Assembly: GCA_018817405.1 (NCBI GenBank)
Contig: JAHITZ010000046.1
Coordinates: 1 to 63,653 of the forward strand
Direction: 5' to 3'
Length of the DNA stretch: 63,653 nucleotides
Origin: Nanobdellota archaeon
GTDB taxonomy: Archaea > Nanobdellota > Nanobdellia > Pacearchaeales > GW2011-AR1
Part shown: piece after piece, positions 62,511 to 63,653 of the stretch
Numbering within the stretch: the first letter of the stretch is position 1
Layout: each line of letters starts with the position of its first letter
Notes under the pieces: generated by a model
What the model was told of the DNA's origin: nothing
Databases searched by the model: none
What the model saw: only the letters and a program-made list of their open reading frames with translations
Program-made: the position numbers and the translations under genes

Positions 62511-63317
62511 ATGGCAAAAACAATTGGCATTATCGCCATAAAAGGAGGTGTAGGCAAAACAACTATTTCTGCCGCTCTTGCTTCAGATTTAGCAAATCAC
62601 TACAACAAAAAAGTTTTACTCGTGGATGCTAATTTTTCTGCACCAAACCTCGGCCTGCACATGGACATTCTAGAACCAGAAAAAACAATTCACCATACAT
62701 TAGATAAAAAAATACAAATCAAATCAGCCATACAAAACAAATTCGGCGTTGACGTCATCCCAGGCGAATATGTCTACAACAAACCCCTGAATTACTTAAA
62801 ACTCAAAGACAAACTAAATACAATAAAAAACAGATATGATTTTATTATTCTTGACTCTTCCCCGAGCTTAAACGACGAAGTCCTCTCAACAATGCTTGCT
62901 TCAGATGCTTTATTTGTCGTGACAACTCCTGACTATCCAACTCTCTCCTGCACATTAAAAGCAGCCAAACTCGCCAAACAGCGAGGCAAACCAATTGCAG
63001 GCATTATAATAAACAAAATTCGCAATCCAAGATTTGAACTCAACTTGAAAGAGATTGAAGATTCTGTAGACATTCCAGTTATAGCAAGAATCCGTGACGA
63101 CAAAAACGCTGTAAAATCATTATTCACACGCATCCCACTTCCAATTTACAAAAAACACTCCCCTCTTTCAAAAGAAATCAACAGACTCAACGCAGCCCTA
63201 ACCAAAAATATTGAAAAAAAATCATTCTTCCAAAAACTAATGCCCTTCGATTTCAGAAAGGAACGCATCAATCGAGAACTCCTCAAGGAAAGTTTTTATA
63301 GTAAGACGTTCAAATAA
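62511..63317 (+). CDS. MinD/ParA/Mrp-family ATPase (second copy)
   Basis: Deviant Walker A IKGGVGKTT, VDANFSAPNLGLH and ILDSSPS motifs. Confidence 0.8.
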   Translation: MAKTIGIIAIKGGVGKTTISAALASDLANHYNKKVLLVDANFSAPNLGLHMDILEPEKTIHHTLDKKIQIKSAIQNKFGVDVIPGEYVYNKPLNYLKLKDKLNTIKNRYDFIILDSSPSLNDEVLSTMLASDALFVVTTPDYPTLSCTLKAAKLAKQRGKPIAGIIINKIRNPRFELNLKEIEDSVDIPVIARIRDDKNAVKSLFTRIPLPIYKKHSPLSKEINRLNAALTKNIEKKSFFQKLMPFDFRKERINRELLKESFYSKTFK

Positions 63318-63321
63318 AACC

Positions 63322-63582
63322 ATGGCAAAAAAACAGGACTGCCTCTTCTGCAAAATCGCAAAGGGAAAAATCCCAGTAAAAAAGGTAAAGGACTCTGACA
63401 ACTTCTTCGCAATCCTTGACGCCAACCCTGTAGCAAAAGGCCACACCTTAGTAATCCCAAAAAAACACTTAGTCACATTGCTAGACATCCCAAACACGCT
63501 CGGCTCTGAACTCTTAAAGTCCCGCAAGAAATCCCGTTGCTTTAGCTGTGGGATGAATTGCGGCAATCTTTTTCTATTTTGA
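63322..63582 (+). pseudogene. HIT-family protein, N-terminal fragment lacking the histidine triad
   Basis: CLFCKIAKGKIPVKKV..FAILDANPVAKGHTLVIPKKH is a good HIT N-terminal half. After LGSELLK the sequence degenerates and stops. No HxHxH occurs in any frame of the remaining 70 nt. Confidence 0.45.
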
Positions 63583-63653
63583 TTAATATAAAAAAATGAG
63601 CGACGACTCGCTCACTGTATCTACAAACATAGTGAGAACTGACTTGTTCTAAA

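Noticed and set aside
1-63653. CRISPR array, rRNA operon, integrase or transposase genes, toxin-antitoxin or known defence systems
   Set aside because: No regularly spaced direct repeats were seen, since each repeat family has only two dispersed copies. No rRNA-like sequence was found and no ORF has recognisable integrase, transposase, Cas or defence-system motifs.

Overview
AT-rich 63.6 kb chromosomal segment that is clearly archaeal. It carries MCM, aIF2-beta, aRF1, NAC, TFE-alpha, Sec61-beta, Rpo11, RadB, an ATP-dependent DNA ligase and an intron-containing tRNA. TATA-like boxes sit about 25-28 nt upstream of many ATGs, which suggests leaderless mRNAs. Small genes, Lys-rich protein tails, many secreted Cys-rich proteins and little metabolism suggest a DPANN-like lineage (inference only). 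I call about 75 protein genes. They include ValRS, a short bacterial-type AlaRS, GlyRS, two MinD/ParA ATPases, ScpB, UPP synthase, a rhomboid, a ZIP transporter, glycosyltransferases and an S8 protease. There are three tRNAs: Cys-GCA, Arg-UCU with a 36-nt intron, and Ala-GGC. An ~11 kb type IV pilus/archaellum-like locus spans 19.8-30.7 kb, with a FlaI/PilB-type ATPase, two TadB/C-FlaJ-like proteins, a KaiC/FlaH-like ATPase, six class-III-signal-peptide proteins and a giant VWA pilin. The most interesting item is a tightly packed cassette at 57074-58493. It has two paralogous 66/70-aa peptides sharing an N-terminal MALGxxGSNGGIGExYR motif, next to a SPASM-less radical SAM enzyme that also starts MALGLSG. 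Palindromic operators and an interrupted tandem-Lrp regulator lie alongside it. Other notable observations follow. Three families of small TIR/palindromic intergenic repeats occur, one copy with a perfect 8-bp target-site duplication. Accessory genes show an unusual number of in-frame stops and frameshifts, including a UUU-UGA +1 site, while housekeeping genes are intact. G-rich/G-quadruplex-type boxes occur in intergenic DNA. C exceeds G on the + strand across the window regardless of gene orientation. No rRNA, CRISPR array, transposase or integrase was seen. All homology calls are motif recognition by eye; no searches were run.
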